Assembly: GCA_976226885.1 (NCBI GenBank)
Contig: OZ320316.1
Coordinates: 87,792,001 to 87,856,000, forward strand
Direction: 5' to 3'
From: Iphione sp. A-MEVVRFRX5
Lineage: Eukaryota
DNA: 64,000 bases
Positions 1 through 20,377 of this stretch are shown here, piece by piece. The notes below the pieces were generated by a model. It did not search any database. It was not told where the DNA came from and saw nothing but the letters and a program-made list of their open reading frames with translations. The number at the start of each line of letters is the position of its first letter. Position 1 is the stretch's first letter. Position numbers and translations under genes: made by a program.

Positions 1-1265
1 GCTTCCTCATATTGATGTACCTGAAAGTATTACTTTAATCGCAACAGTATGGCAATAATGATGGTCTCCAGCAACCTAGCAGTATTTGACTAACTATGCT
101 TATTTCTGTTTCGAAAGATAATTGCGAGAACGGGCCTGAGTTTGTATTAAACATTGCATATGGGCTCATTGTTTATGTATTGAAATACACATTTTTAAAT
201 TTGTTCTCTATTTTGGTTTATGAAATAATGTTTATGGTATATCAGGTAGCCGTTCAGCTATCCCTTGCCTCGACATGAAATGAAACTCAGAAAGGAATGT
301 ATGTGTCTTTACACTCAGATCTGGAAGGAGAAATACTTAGAATCGTGTTTATGAAAACACCTCGTAAGTCAAGCAGTCTTTTGGGGCTCATATGCATGAA
401 CACAAAATTCTGTTGATCAAGAGGCTATGTATACACGTGGACTGTGTCATTCTTATGAAGTCAGGTCTCCTTCAATAGTCGGGTGGTACTGTTATCATCT
501 GGCGATCATTACATGCAGATGGGTTCTTCGCTGTCACAGGGTAATGTTCATTTTTTTCATCTGTGCAAAGCCGATTACATGTATTTGACGATGGTAGCCT
601 CATTGAACCAAGAGGCAATTTTAATATCCTTGCGTTTTATGATAGTGATACACCGTACAAGTAGATTATACCTTCATCAAAAAGTGAAACTTCAATTTAT
701 TTATTTTTCGACTGAACAATTCAAGTTGTAAAATTATATTTTAGTCTCGTTAATTTATACAAAAGCTTCCGAATTCTTAGGATATCTGTTGCGACTTGAA
801 ATCGATGTCTTTATATTTTATATGAAAACAAAATGTATATAGACATACATATTATAAATTTGTGAGGGAGAGTACCAGCACGTGTTTCCTCTGAGAAAAG
901 TATTTATGTCAAGAAGGAGCTCATGCTATAAAAAGCGTTTCTGCCCTTGGTAGGTAATTTTCGCAAGAGAGCAATACTAATGAAGCAGCCCAAAGCAGAA
1001 AACGGTGCAGGGGCCTGTTGGTAGACAATCGGTCATCGTTAGTCTCCTTTGTGTTCACATCCTACACCGGGTATTCATGTCCCCTACGGCCTTTCATCTT
1101 AATACAACCAAGCAGCTGCAACTAAAGTATAAATGCATCCTATTTCTAGGCCCACATTGTCCGACAAGTTATGATTCTGAGGGCGTCTGAAATAATGCAG
1201 GCTTCCGTATTTACAGCTCAACATATAACCTCTTTCTAAGCAATTTTTATGTTTTTCACTTGCAG

Positions 1266-1375
1266 GCCTTGGAATATGTCGGCAACAAACTACATCCTGG
1301 AAAAAGGATCGTTGAGACCCTGAACTTCATAAACCACACCGAATGCGCATGCGCTCCCATACAACAGATACCGGA
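1266..1375 (+). CDS. PDGF/VEGF (PVF)-family gene, internal exon carrying the end of the cystine-knot domain
   Basis: Acceptor ttttcacttgcag (AG 1264-65), donor GA|gtaag (1376). The frame reads ALEYVGNKLHPGKRIVETLNFINHTECACAPIQQIP; F-x-N-H-T-x-C-x-C is the C-terminal signature of PDGF/VEGF domains (cf. VEGF-C FANHTSCRC). The upstream RCxGCC exon was not found in 1-1265 and probably lies outside the window. Confidence 0.75.
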
Positions 1376-1639
1376 GTAAGAGCAATCTTTTCTCTTTTAA
1401 CAATTAAAAAAAATTCGATTAAGTAAAAAAAAACAACACATATAAATATCATGTGTCTAAACACAACGATGCGCGATCTCGGTGTAGATCTTTGTTTTCT
1501 TATTCGGGCTCATTACTGGGTCGAGCAAAGGGCCTTGAAGATAATTTTATTACCGTAAATCGATGTTGCAAGTGCTGTTCAGCTATTGTACACAAACCAG
1601 AAGCACATTTTGAATGAGGCAATGGTATCCGATGCGCAG

Positions 1640-1774
1640 GTGTCGGGAATGCCCGTTTCCGTTCAACCTGAGAAGAGAGAATAAGACGGACTGTACTTGT
1701 GACTGTTTCGATCGAGACCACACCTGCATACACATCAAAAAGGGGAAGAGTCCTCTTCACGAGCAAGAGCTCAG
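1640..1774 (+). CDS. PVF-like gene, Cys-rich C-terminal extension exon
   Basis: Phase-2 entry is compatible with the 1375 donor. Reads CRECPFPFNLRRENKTDCTCDCFDRDHTCIHIKKGKSPLHEQELR, donor AG|gtgag at 1775. CxCxC..C..(I/L)KxG..L is typical of invertebrate PVF tails. The acceptor (gcgcag) has a poor pyrimidine tract, so the 5' boundary is uncertain. Confidence 0.72.
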
Positions 1775-2069
1775 GTGAGACAACCAGAAAACACACCTAT
1801 TCGACCTTCGCTTTTCACAGTCCTTTGAGGTAGCAGCACTGTGTGTATACATCGTTCGTATGTAGTAGATTCCTTATACATCGAGTGGTAGTATTTGTTA
1901 CCATTTGTGGTCGTATATATGTGATAAATCACTTATTCAAGAAATAATTAGTCTTTTGCTATAATCTTTTAAACATTGATTTATCAATACCGCTTAAACA
2001 TAACAATCGACAATACAATTGAGGTTGTGTGTCAGTATTAATCGGACAGCTTTTCGTCATTCTTTTTAG

Positions 2070-2253
2070 GTTGATTAAAGAAGGTAAACGCCTACGACCC
2101 AAGTGTCAGTACGGGGTATTTGGCCAAGAGAGTATTCGAACTGGTTATTGTCCACGACGGAAGTCGAAGCAGAATCGCCAACCCGCATCGGAGGAATTGG
2201 TCAGTGGTTATGGCGCGGCGGAGACGGCAAGAAAGCGAGGCAACTGGGGCTGA
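2070..2253 (+). CDS. PVF-like gene, terminal coding exon
   Basis: Acceptor cattctttttag (2068-69), phase 2 matches the 1774 donor. Reads (R)LIKEGKRLRPKCQYGVFGQESIRTGYCPRRKSK...NWG*; PxCxYGxF...CP matches the last part of the invertebrate PVF Cys-rich tail. Confidence 0.6.
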
Positions 2254-5200
2254 GGCTCTAACAGCGAGCCCAAACCACACTATGTAATCCTGTGTTATGC
2301 AGTTGCTCACCACTTATGTTCTTATGACAAGTATGCAATCAAAACGTTGTTGGAGAGGTTCGATATACCTATACCGATGTCTTTATGCAATGCAAGATTA
2401 TAACCGAGAAACCAAGTTGCTCTCCTAGCGCAACAGCAACCGTGCTTGCTGCCCTACAAGGCTTGTAGGTAGCTGTTCATTCCAGTTGGTTAGTGGAAGT
2501 GGTGGAGTGGTTTGCGGACAAGGGGCGCGCCTTGGCGTGGCGGGATAGTCACTGAAGAACGCGAAGTGGCGGTCGCAGTCGCTGTTACGGCTGACAAGGC
2601 GACAGACTGCTACAGCGCCAAGGTCACCGCTCGCTGAAGCCGGCCTCGTCGTCCAAATCATACATCAGCGGCGAGCAGTCAGACATCAAAGCAGACTAGA
2701 GATGGATGACAAAAATGTAGAATTCAGATGTCTGGGTGCTCTATCGTGCACGGAGTGTGAGTACCTCACGGATGAATATTTCAATCCACGTCTAATATAT
2801 ATGATATGCGCAGGATCCGAAAGTGGATGAACCGGAGCTGAAACATATTATTCTTGATCCTAAACTTTAGGTCAACCTAATATTCCTGAATTAATTAATG
2901 TAAATACTATTTCAACGTGTAAGTATATACAGGAAACTGTTTTATATCATGTGTCATGTATATATTGCAACAAACACATTAGATAGTAATCGGATATTGC
3001 AACCACTTTACTTCCTGTCCGTACTATTAGATTCAATTACATGTATATGTAAGTTCACCAAATATCGATGATATACTGTATAGACACTTCTGCGCAAATA
3101 AGCATAGCATACAACACTACTGTGATTGATGGATATCGTTACAGGTTATTGTGTATGTTGTTATGGCACCATATAATGTACCAGTGAGCTAGAACTTTAA
3201 GCGATTAACTTTTCCCCTTTTTAGCATTAATGCACCAAGAAATATCCAAGTTGTTTAGTAAACAATACCAAGAAAACCGTGATAATTAATTTTTTGAGAA
3301 GTAGCTTGCAATTAATGCATGACGGGACGGTTAAGACCACCTTGGCATTAGATATGTATGGAACGAAGCAATGTCATTGGTGCTCTAATAATATATTGGA
3401 GCATCCGATATCTCTTCTGGACCGCAGACCTTGTCACCGAAATATTTTACCGGCAATAGAGAAGGTAACAACTACCTCATAAAGTATTCTCTGTCACATA
3501 TCTGCTTCAGAGGACCGTTCATACGTATTGCCTTCTCTGATCCGCCTTTGTTCATCACAGTTCTCTCCCTTTTCATGGAATAATACTGTCATAGCATTCT
3601 AGAACAGCAAATGGTATATCTAATTGAAGAGCTGTGAAATCGATGTTAATGTGTTTAAAATGGATCAAATTACTGCGTTCACTTCCAATATACCAATAAT
3701 CCCATTACTCGCTATTACAGTCAATTACAGACTTTGGTATTTTATTCACCAGTCGGTAGAGAAGAGAATACGAGGGCATTTTGACGAAAGTAGATCATAG
3801 GCTAGTTCTCCAACTCTGATAAGACGACTATGTCGTTCTTAAGTCGATCTTCATCTCTTCAGTGTCTTTCAGAGAGAATCAATGCATGACCTGATTGAAA
3901 TTATAGTTCTAGGTGGATTATTTTACGTACACAATATTCTTCATGTTCTCAGACAGGGCAAAGGTCAAGTAACATGTAAATATCTTGCGATGCTTTCTGT
4001 ATGTAGATTTAATCCAAAGACAGTACCACGCTTTCCTATTATCATATCAGGTCTATATCAGCGGGCATGGTTTTAGGACAAAACCTTTCTAAATAATTTA
4101 AATGATACTACCCTCAGATTGATGGTAGTATTTTTTTTTAGCAAGACACACCATGTGGTACGCAAAGAATGTCTCTAGAGATTGTCTTGGCATATTTATG
4201 CTGAATATAGGCGAGAAAATCTTTATGTTGTTATTTTTTCCCGTTTGGTATAGTTGCGAGATTCTCACGCTTGGCGTATTGTGCAGGAAAACCCTGCCTT
4301 GATTCTACTTAAACGCACAAAATGATTGATACATATACGCCAGCGACATTCTCAATATCTAAGCGGGGTTCATTTCTAGATCTGTACCTTGCTTAATGGA
4401 CTGAAAGACCAGTCTGCTTTCATAGGCTACAAAATAACGTATCGTCTTCACCATGACTCGTGAACCGTGATTTATCTTATATATGGCTTAATCATATCCT
4501 AATGCAACTTACAGAGCAAACGGCGGAGATAGTGGTGCTGGATGGCCTGTACAGGCGGTGTGCCATATATTGCACCAAATTGCTATGAACAGATGAATTA
4601 ATAAGATGGCACAGTCAGGGACCGCGACTGTGATCGGGATGGGAATGTAACACTGATGATAATGCATAACTTATCGTGGAAGCCGCAGGAAAGGCATCGG
4701 TTTGCTTCACGGTTTCAACATTCTATGTGATGGTGGTGTTCGTGGCATTTACTATATATTCGCTTAGGATGCTAGTCTCACACAAATGATTATCTAAAGT
4801 GTCTGAGTCCCACGCCATGCAAGAGCAAATCGTCATTGGTCGCACGATTGTCTGATTCTTACAATGAATTTTATAAGTGAATCGTTAGTGCCACTTCGTA
4901 CGAGTTGCGATGTAAATTGAGTTTGGTAATTACTGAAATATATTTCTTACGGAATAATGATATTGTGACTATTAGGGAGAGTGGTGCAGGGACCAGGACC
5001 TGGAGTGCGGCTGTGTGCATGTAGGACTAAGAGAAGAGGCTCGCATATCTAATGTAAGGTAGAAGGAACGTCACTGAGATGCTGGCTTTGCAATCCAGTT
5101 ATTGACAAGAAAAGCAGTGTGTCAGATGGTGTGCTGAAAACTGAAAAATAGCGATGTAATTGAATAACACTTGTATTAAAGCAAATATTTTTATCGAAAG

Positions 5201-8200
5201 AGTAAACATTTTAGTATATTCTGGTTGAGACGAAATAGATCTTGTTTCTGAAACAGGCCTGCACGGTTGGTCCGACGTTTGTTGAAGGTTGGTCGGCCTG
5301 GCGACTGGTGCTGAGTCGGTAGAAGTGACAAGTTATATTGGATCATGGAGAACATCGTCGTGTCAGGAGTTAGTTTTAATGTGATGGATTTCAAAATAAA
5401 TATCCCTCGAAATTCATTATTGTTAACCCTGATGTTCTGTAATATTTCTAGCGCTGCCATTTCGTTACAAATACAATTGTGTTGTAAATAGGAGTTACGA
5501 TGTAGGGTATAGACATACATGTATATTTTTGCGCGCACCTTTCATACCTTTCTATATAAAGAACTCCTGATTTTCAGTTTCTAGAAGTGCTTGGATCTCT
5601 ATATGCAACGGCCTGTGTGTCTGTACGTGTGGCCATCCGTCGTATTATCAGACGACAGCAGACCTCAGAGATTGGGATTAGGGTGAAGAGGCCGTCTAAC
5701 GGCCACTTGTTCGCCAGCAGTTCTCTTCTTGCCAAGCCCCCTGTCTACCCTCTCCTCACCCGTTGCCCACCCACCTCCCCTTGCGCCTTGTCCGTTATCT
5801 GCCTACACGGAAGACTGCGCCGCAACTTCGCCTCAGTTCCACTACATCGCCATATTTCGGCGTAGATACCGACTAGATGGTATGAAATGGGCTTAGAAAT
5901 ATTAAAAATACCGGAAAATTACCTCGTGCTAGTCTCCTGTCGAGGCCTGGGAAGATTATTAGAAGTGAATATGCTTATAGTGGATGCCCGTGTCTACCCA
6001 GCCTGCATTTCATCATTTTGCTATGACAAGAAATTTACCATAGGAATTTTTCAGCATGTTTATTCCAATTTTACTGAAATTTTCCCGAAATGTTCATGTA
6101 CCCAAAATGTAAAAAGTTTTATATTCATTTCCCATTTTGCCACTGACTGAAAAGCTTAACAAGGGCCGTCTCGGTTACCAATAATAAAACACGTAATATT
6201 CGCTTTTGCCGGCCAAAAGTATTACGCAGCACTGATGTTATGGATTCGCACGAACCGTGTCGACAAAGCAATCGACTGGCGGCGGCTGGAAATGTTGCAT
6301 AGAAAATGTATGCAAGCGAATGGTCGTTTTATCATCGCTGCGCACTGCATCAAAGCGGTCGTGTAAGCCTACCGTCATAAAGTGAAAATGCTGCTGTCGA
6401 AAGATGAAACGCTGCCCTTATTCTACCGGAAGTGCCTCTTCCAGTGCATTAGACGGGAGAAAAGGGGCGCGCGAGAGCGGTGGCGGCGCCAGTTTATAAA
6501 AGTACTTGTGGCCCTATTATCCCCCAATATGAGCAGTGTAATATGACAGTCGACAAGACAGGGAGGTATGTATCACCTTCTGGTCAAGTCATAAGCTATA
6601 GGCATGTGCTGAGTGCAGTGCTCTGCCACGCAGCCATGGTTGTGGTACGGCGGCCCTTTCCTCCGTGGTCGCCGCCGACCGATCAAATCCTCCATCCTGT
6701 GACCACTCAAGTGGCCAAGGCTCTTGAGGTAAATGAAAGTATAAAGCAGCCCAGCAAGCAGCATGCCAGTCCGGCCACGCGACCCATCACAACAGAGTGC
6801 TGTGTTAGCAGCCTTCTTTCCTTGGCTTTTTCGTCCAAAATGGGATATGAATGAGCGGTTCGGGAAGCTGCGCAAAAGTGGTATTAGTCTCTAGGGCAAT
6901 CTAGCGAGCTCAAAATCCAATAAGAAAGTGCAATTGTCCCAGCTCATACCTTGAGAGGAAAAGCATACTGGTAGCAAAGAAGAGAATTTCCGTTATTCTC
7001 CTTAACTTTTCGATCATATATTCATTCCTGTCTCCCATCTCTCCCCCCTCCCTTTGCAACTCGTTCTCTGTAGCCTCTCGCTGCTTATCTGTGCTCCCAC
7101 TATCACTTAATGCACATTTTCCTTGCCCTGAAGTAAGAAAAGGGGCCTGGATATATTCAGGCACGCTGTCTCATGAAACCGGGAAGTAGATGCAGTCACT
7201 GTTTGGCGATCAACCCTATCCCCTATTAGACCGATAGTGTCTGACCAAAAGCCCGAGTCCGTCTCAGATCGCTTTCTTGCCTTTGGAACGGCCTGGTCCT
7301 GTAGATTATGGCAGTGTTGTGTGTCTGGACGACGGGCATTACCATGCCAATAACAGTGATATCTAGTCAGACATCAAAGGATTCTGCTGCTATTTCCAGA
7401 TCGCTCACTAATTCATGCCTCACATGATATGCTTGTCCTGGAAAGCCGGCAAATTCAACAAGCCGGTGATATTGGTGCTGTCCCTAGCAACAATCTTCAA
7501 AAATTCAAATGAAGCCCGGCCAAGCGTGATAAGTATCCATCTTTATCAACGCTTCTCCGAGCGTTTTATTTAGCAGTGATACTGAAGTTATTGATGAAGA
7601 TCGCGTTTTATTTCCATAGCATTTTTGCTTCGTGTTGCAAATGGCACTGCTACATATTACTGGTGATATATAGTTACCATCAAGGACATTTATTGTGGCA
7701 TTTCAATTCTGCGCAAGCAACATAAATGACACAGTAACAATGGCATGAATATAACCAACAAATATATGTTTTGCCGCTGCATTTGTATTTGTAATTCCAG
7801 GTGCATGACCAGCCTTCATGGGCGCCAGATGTCTTGGAGGTTTCCTTTTATCTTCCTATGTTCGTGACAGCAAAGGGGTTGCGCTCGTCTAACCTTTCTT
7901 CACGCAATATTAATGACGTTTCCTCTTAAGATGATAGACAATGATTTGATTTGGTATTCTATCATTAACAAGGAGGTATCTGCATTTAGATAAATCTGAG
8001 TAGGGGCCAATATCTGTAGGGGATTTATACGGCATGTTTCTTTCTATCGTTTCTGTCAGTGGCGTTCTTCAATTTACGAAGATATAGTGTTAACTCATAA
8101 GAAGTATCCGAATCCAAACAGTGGCAGTTTTTCCTTGCAAGACAAAAGCGTCTCCTAGTCCCATCTAAAGGTTGAAGAGCTATTAGCTCTGAGGTTAAAC

Positions 8201-10198
8201 AAATTATGATTAATAAGATGCGATATTCCGTTTTGGTGATATACGTCATGTTTTTACACTGTATTAAGTGGTTGTAACTAGTTAAATTGAATAGGCCCTA
8301 ATGCTCGGAAATCATACCCACATGACAAACTGGAGCACACGCAATGTAACAACCTTCATACTCTATTATACACATATCACGCCACGTTTCCATTCAGAAA
8401 AGAATTGATTCAAAGTCTGAGGAGCAAAGGGAATTTGGTCTACCACATAATACTTTTTCAAACCTGCCGCATAGAACTAAGGCAGACTTGTGAGTCAATG
8501 TTTAAATCAAACCTCGACACAGCCGCTACAACACAACACATTTATCTACTACTCACGAAGGACATTTTGGCATAGGAGGATTTGTAGGGGAAAAACAGTA
8601 TTCCGTAGACTCCGATGTTAATCAGTGGAATGAAAAAAACCAACAGCCTTACTTCTTCTACATCGCATACAATGTGTCTTTGCAGTCTGTGTTGAAAATG
8701 TGTGGTTTCATTTTTGATGGATCCCCCCGGCCGATGTTGAAATATATAACCACTCATTGTTTCATTTTGACTAGAAAGTGAGCAAGGTATATCTGAAACC
8801 TTTCGTAAAATCCTTTTGCACAGCTTCCTTTCCCTTGAAATTTGCATCGCCTCCTGTACGTAGGAAGAGGTGGCATTCTCCTTGCTATATGAAGTACAAT
8901 GGCTCTCTCGGCCTTCAAAGTTAACATTCGTAGAGCATGCGTATAAACTAATACAATACATGGCATATTTTACGCAACGTCAATCATCAATACCGGAACC
9001 TTTATATCTCGACGTGGTGGAAGTCACTACAGGTGGTATGACTTTTCTTCAGTTTTGCAAGAAACTTAGAACCGTCGCGGCATCCAGTTAATTTGGAACA
9101 CTAAGGTCTCTATGCCCCCATTCTAATGAATAGGTACAAGAAGAGAGCGCATATATTTTATCCAAGGGGCCAAGCACAAGTAGGCATTAAACCGCCGAAC
9201 GCATGAGCACTGCACATCTCGGGCAACCCACCACTCGCCTGCGGTATAGATAACAGCAGCTGATTAAAAAATGAATGTTTTATGATCCACATAAGCGGCC
9301 TTTTATCGTGTCGCCGCCAGCGTCCGTATCATCTTCAGCCGTGACCTGTTTTTGCGCTAGTAGGATCATTTTTGTCTCAATATTGTTCGATAACGTGGCC
9401 CCTTTTCTTCAAGGCCAGACAGAAGGCCTATGGAATGGTTTGGCCGAAGATTGCCTGAATGGATTAATACGTATATCCCAATGAATGGGATCCAGGCTTA
9501 AACCATATAGATGGGGTTTGTGCACCCTAATCAAGTAATCTACATAAATGAAGCCCAAATTATCCTTTACACAATTGTTTCCTACATTCAGTACGAAGCA
9601 GTACCAAATTATCCCGAATGTAATTGTGTAGAGCATGGTCGCCTCAAGCCGAGGCTCTTACAGTACAATTTGATGGCTATTCTACAGGATCTACATTTTT
9701 AATCAGAGAAGAGCCCCAATACTCCTGCTTTACTGATGACCACGGAAACTCAAGTCAGTACTATTTATAATGAAGGCAACAACAAAGTTTTATATGACGA
9801 GAAGGTTCAGCCATTCACATTATGAGGAAGGATGCACCGTACTTAGTGACACTGAGGGAGAAGATAAGCATAAAATGTAGTTGAGCCCCCAAGATTTCGT
9901 TCATGTAATTAGCTTTGTATGGTAATCCATATGTTGATTATATTCATCCGGTGGCATGAATTCCTACTTGATCGTTTAATTATAGCCTAAACATTCAAAC
10001 TGAAATGTTTTCGGATATCTTACAAAGACGTTTTGATGCAACTAGTACACTGTTTGGTGCCACCTGGTGGAATCCAACCGCACTTTTGATTTACCGCAGC
10101 CATTTCACCTTGGAATGGAGAGTAGTCTCTTGCTGATATGGACCATGAGGAAAGCAGCAGGATGGAATTTGGCGCTTCTTGCAAGTAGATAAACATGT

Positions 10199-10204
10199 TT
10201 TATT
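10199..10204 (-). terminator. Candidate polyadenylation signal (AATAAA) of the beta-tubulin gene
   Basis: tttatt on plus = AATAAA on minus, about 430 nt downstream of the tubulin stop. Position only, no transcript evidence. Confidence 0.3.
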
Positions 10205-10635
10205 ACATAGTGTAGCTTCAGACGCAGAGTAGTATGCCGAGTATGACAAAGGAATGCTAGTAAACACTACACATAAAAAGTAAGGTGAATCACTAAGGTA
10301 TAATAGGCCCACTTATCGCATAAATGTCAGACTTCCTTCAACTACTAACGATGAATACATCATGCTTGTGTAACGTCAATATTATTTTTAACATGTACAG
10401 TAGGCGGATATAGCAGAACGGTTTGTTCACAAGAACTGAGTCATCATTACCACGAAGAAACCACATTTAATAGAAAAGTATAAAAGAAAAGGATGATATG
10501 AAACAACACTTTCCCAACTTATTTGGGGTACACATCAGTTATTACATGCCATCGAGGTAAATGACTTCGCAAGATACCAGGTGGGAAGGCTTCCTCTCTG
10601 AGCCGGAGGAGTAAATCATAACTGAATTCAGAACA

Positions 10636-17197
<6,562 letters not shown>

Positions 17198-17241
17198 CTT
17201 GTCCGTGGATTTCCTAAACGCTATAAAAGTAGGAGCCTCAA

Positions 17242-17324
17242 CTTATATACTTCTATAGATGTATGCAAATTACATGTTCCGGCTCTACCTGTAGCTACGT
17301 GTGTGCACATGTGCTCATTTGCAT
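17242..17324 (-). promoter_or_regulatory. Candidate beta-tubulin core promoter: TATA box plus two octamer motifs
   Basis: TATATAAG on minus at 17249-17242, 45 nt upstream of the ATG; ATGCAAAT at 17263-70 and its inverse ATTTGCAT at 17317-24. Confidence 0.4.
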
Positions 17325-20300
17325 ATACGTGTATACCCTCTCTAGCACCCGAGGGGCTTTACTGGCTACCGCCTATCCCTTAGTAACCGGGATTCCTACA
17401 TATAATATCCGTAGGGTACTGGGGGAATGTTTTCGACATTACGTGGTTTTCGTTTATTCAAAGTGATGTCCTTGATGATAGTTTACATAGGTGACAGAAC
17501 GCATGTCTCCGTAAGTTCCATCCTTTATCTACCTTTGGGAAAATTCTTAGACGCTTTCACTAAATAACAGATAAACTGTAATCGACCGAGATATGTAAGC
17601 AAGTGGTATGTACGAACACTTATTTTGGCTATACATAATGGTTTGGTTCAGTCCCACGTCAATGTTGTTATAACAACGTCTTGCACTATACCGGGACCCC
17701 TATTCGAACGAATTATTTTGCATTTGGAGAAGATAAGCAGCTGTAATGAATTTATACTGATGAAAGGGTCATCTGTGTTGCTGGTCAGAATATGAAAGAA
17801 ATAAAACGAAGCATACTTTTCTGACTCGTACTGAAGATCTTGATGAATCATCGACAGAATAAACGGCTGGACAATTACGGCAAGAATGTTCTATCACACC
17901 ACTTTATATTTCTGCGTAATTTAAGGTCTCATTTAAATAGTTCGAAACATCCAACAAAGTGACCGTACGATAATAATATAATGACTTGCACACTGGTTGT
18001 TATTAAAAGGGTTTGTCTACAAGAATTGTAACAGTTTTAATTTTGAAATGAAAGATCCCTAGAATGTTTTGAAAAAAAAAACTACACGGGAGAAACCTCC
18101 AGTAACCTCTAACTGTATACGTTTACCTAACTATGTGTGGTGTATAACTATGCATATTGACATATCATTCTAGCAAATAAAGACATACGTAATAGAAGCA
18201 AGACATATAGACAGTTGAAACTATAAAAACCAAGTTGTAAAATTTAGTGACGGTGTCTGTATGCAAACACCAAGTTTTGGACTTCGTTGCCTGTAAACCT
18301 AAGACGAAATGTAATTGTAGTATCAAACATCGCTTAATGATATGGAATGAAAAAAATCATCTTCTGTGGCGATTTTAGTAATGTTACTTGCGAAGGGTAT
18401 TATTCACTTGTTGAAGCAATTTTAGCTGATGAGGATAACGTCTCGTACCTGATATCAACGAATTTTACCACTGGTATGAATATACATCTACATAAATTAG
18501 TATAATTTGTCAGTGTAATACAAATGTTTCAATACTGCCAATTCCACTGTTTCGTGTGATAGGAGAAAATTAATTTCATATAATTTCTCCTATAGACCAC
18601 GCTTTTAAATGTCTTCCTTTTTTGATATTAGGAAGATTTGTAACTTCTATATAAAAAGTTCAAAATATTTTTGTTATCGAGACAAATCAGCATGTTGGGT
18701 TTCTTTCTTCGCACTTGACAGGACGAATTAATTGCAAGGACAGTAGTAACTAATGATATTAATGTCACGACAACGGTTCATAAAAGCCCAACCCTAAGGG
18801 TCTGCTTTCACGTTGGATCTACTAACAATGTTATACATTTCCGGTGCCAAGTGTAACACCTGCTCCATGGTCTAAACTGGGAACCAGGACCAATTAGCGT
18901 TACCTCCCGACGAAAAAGGCACAATGGCAAAGCTTAAGTAACGTCACTTAACGTTCCCTGAGGTGGAACCGTTGGAATGCAAAATGGCGATTTGGGGTGA
19001 AAAGAAAGTGGCTTTTTCAGAACAATAGATGTACATCGTAACCCGTAGGAACACTTGTCGACCTGTTGCTCGGTAAAATACTTTCAACCATCATATGGAA
19101 TCGGTGTCTTTATAAGTAATTCTACTGGTCTTATATTTTCACATACTGTTATGATGCTTTTATGGTAATCTTGCCGTGATAGGCAAACTATGAGAAACAG
19201 TAGGCTCGTGATTGCTGTGTAGAGTACATTTCGCAAGAATGGGTCTGACAGGCATTAAAAAATACTACAACTTTCTTTGACTATCCAGCAATTAGTGGTG
19301 GAACTCTTGATCACTTGTAGCACAGATGTTAAAAAATGTAAAAATAAAAAAGATTGTTTGGGAGGCGCATTACTGTATAATTAGATACACATTATAAGAT
19401 ATGTTCATTATGATCATACCTTGATACATTAATCATTTTCACCTGGTCGTAATATCTCGCCACACATAGCCACACACTGTTGGCTCAGTTTTGAATCCTG
19501 GCGGGCTGAGTGCATACTAAGCTGAGGATGACAAACTGCCTCTCACTGTTTTGATGGTTGTATTGTTTTTTTGGTGGGAGAAATGCCTCGGTCACTTCCA
19601 ACTCTTATCCAGTCTTTGAGGTAACATATCGAAGGGCCTCATGACTACAAGTCGGTGCATGGCGGGCATAAGCAATAAATGTTCAGAAAATAAATTCCAC
19701 GAAATGTCCACCTAATGAATTAGTTGGGTCGGCTTAGAAAACGTCTTTCTAACTTGGTTAATGTAAGAGAACGCCTGAAGGTGGCAAAGGTCAAAAGCTT
19801 AGTGGTCTGCACTGTCAGCTCTGGAAGAAATGGCCGACCACAAAAGGACGGAAGTCCGTCAGACAGACAATACTGTGCAAAGAGTGGACGAAGTCCAAGA
19901 GGAAGTGCGTCGAAAGCATAGGTTATTTACCAACGAGCGCCCCGAATGCTTGGGCTCTCAGCAACGTTGGCAGGTTTACCTCTCAGGAGGAACGGTACAC
20001 GAGTGCAACCACTCAACAAGGTGACAGTATCTGGTGTTAAGCAGGAGAAAAGCCTTCGATTGACTTCAAGTTCTATTGCCTCTCAAAGGACGAGGTCACA
20101 TGCGCCCGCCTTTCAGAAAGCAACAACTCTAAGAGGCTGTACTTTGCCTAAAAAAAATCTGTAAAGAACGATTTCCAACCAAGCTGCGTAGGTCCCTACA
20201 AGAAAGGAGATAAATACTAATAAAAAGCGTGACGCCACTGAGAAATTCTCACTAAACCTTGTCAAGAAAAGCATATGTGTATGCACGGAAACCGATTGCA

Positions 20301-20377
20301 TTGGATATGGGACTTGCAAGAATAATTCAGAAAATAATTGCAGCTACATTGTATATACTTGTACGATTCGTTATGCG

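Noticed and set aside
1545-1580. ITVNRCCKCC frame resembling the PDGF/VEGF CVxVxRCxGCC motif
   Set aside because: It lies downstream of the NHTEC exon (wrong order), lacks the PxC and G residues, and has no splice support.
2453-2469. Perfect 8-bp-arm palindrome cctacaag-g-cttgtagg
   Set aside because: About one such palindrome is expected by chance in 64 kb.
6480-6875. Overlapping 124-aa and 100-aa ORFs in a GC-richer patch
   Set aside because: No recognisable domain, splice sites or codon pattern; left unannotated.
19470-19510. tRNA/SINE-like A-box and B-box remnants (tggctcagtt...gaatcc)
   Set aside because: The boxes are too close together, no cloverleaf can be drawn and there is no tail.
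19830-20024. ORF MADHKRTEVRQ... with a good Kozak context and a coiled-coil-like start
   Set aside because: Short, no recognisable family, no convincing splice partner.
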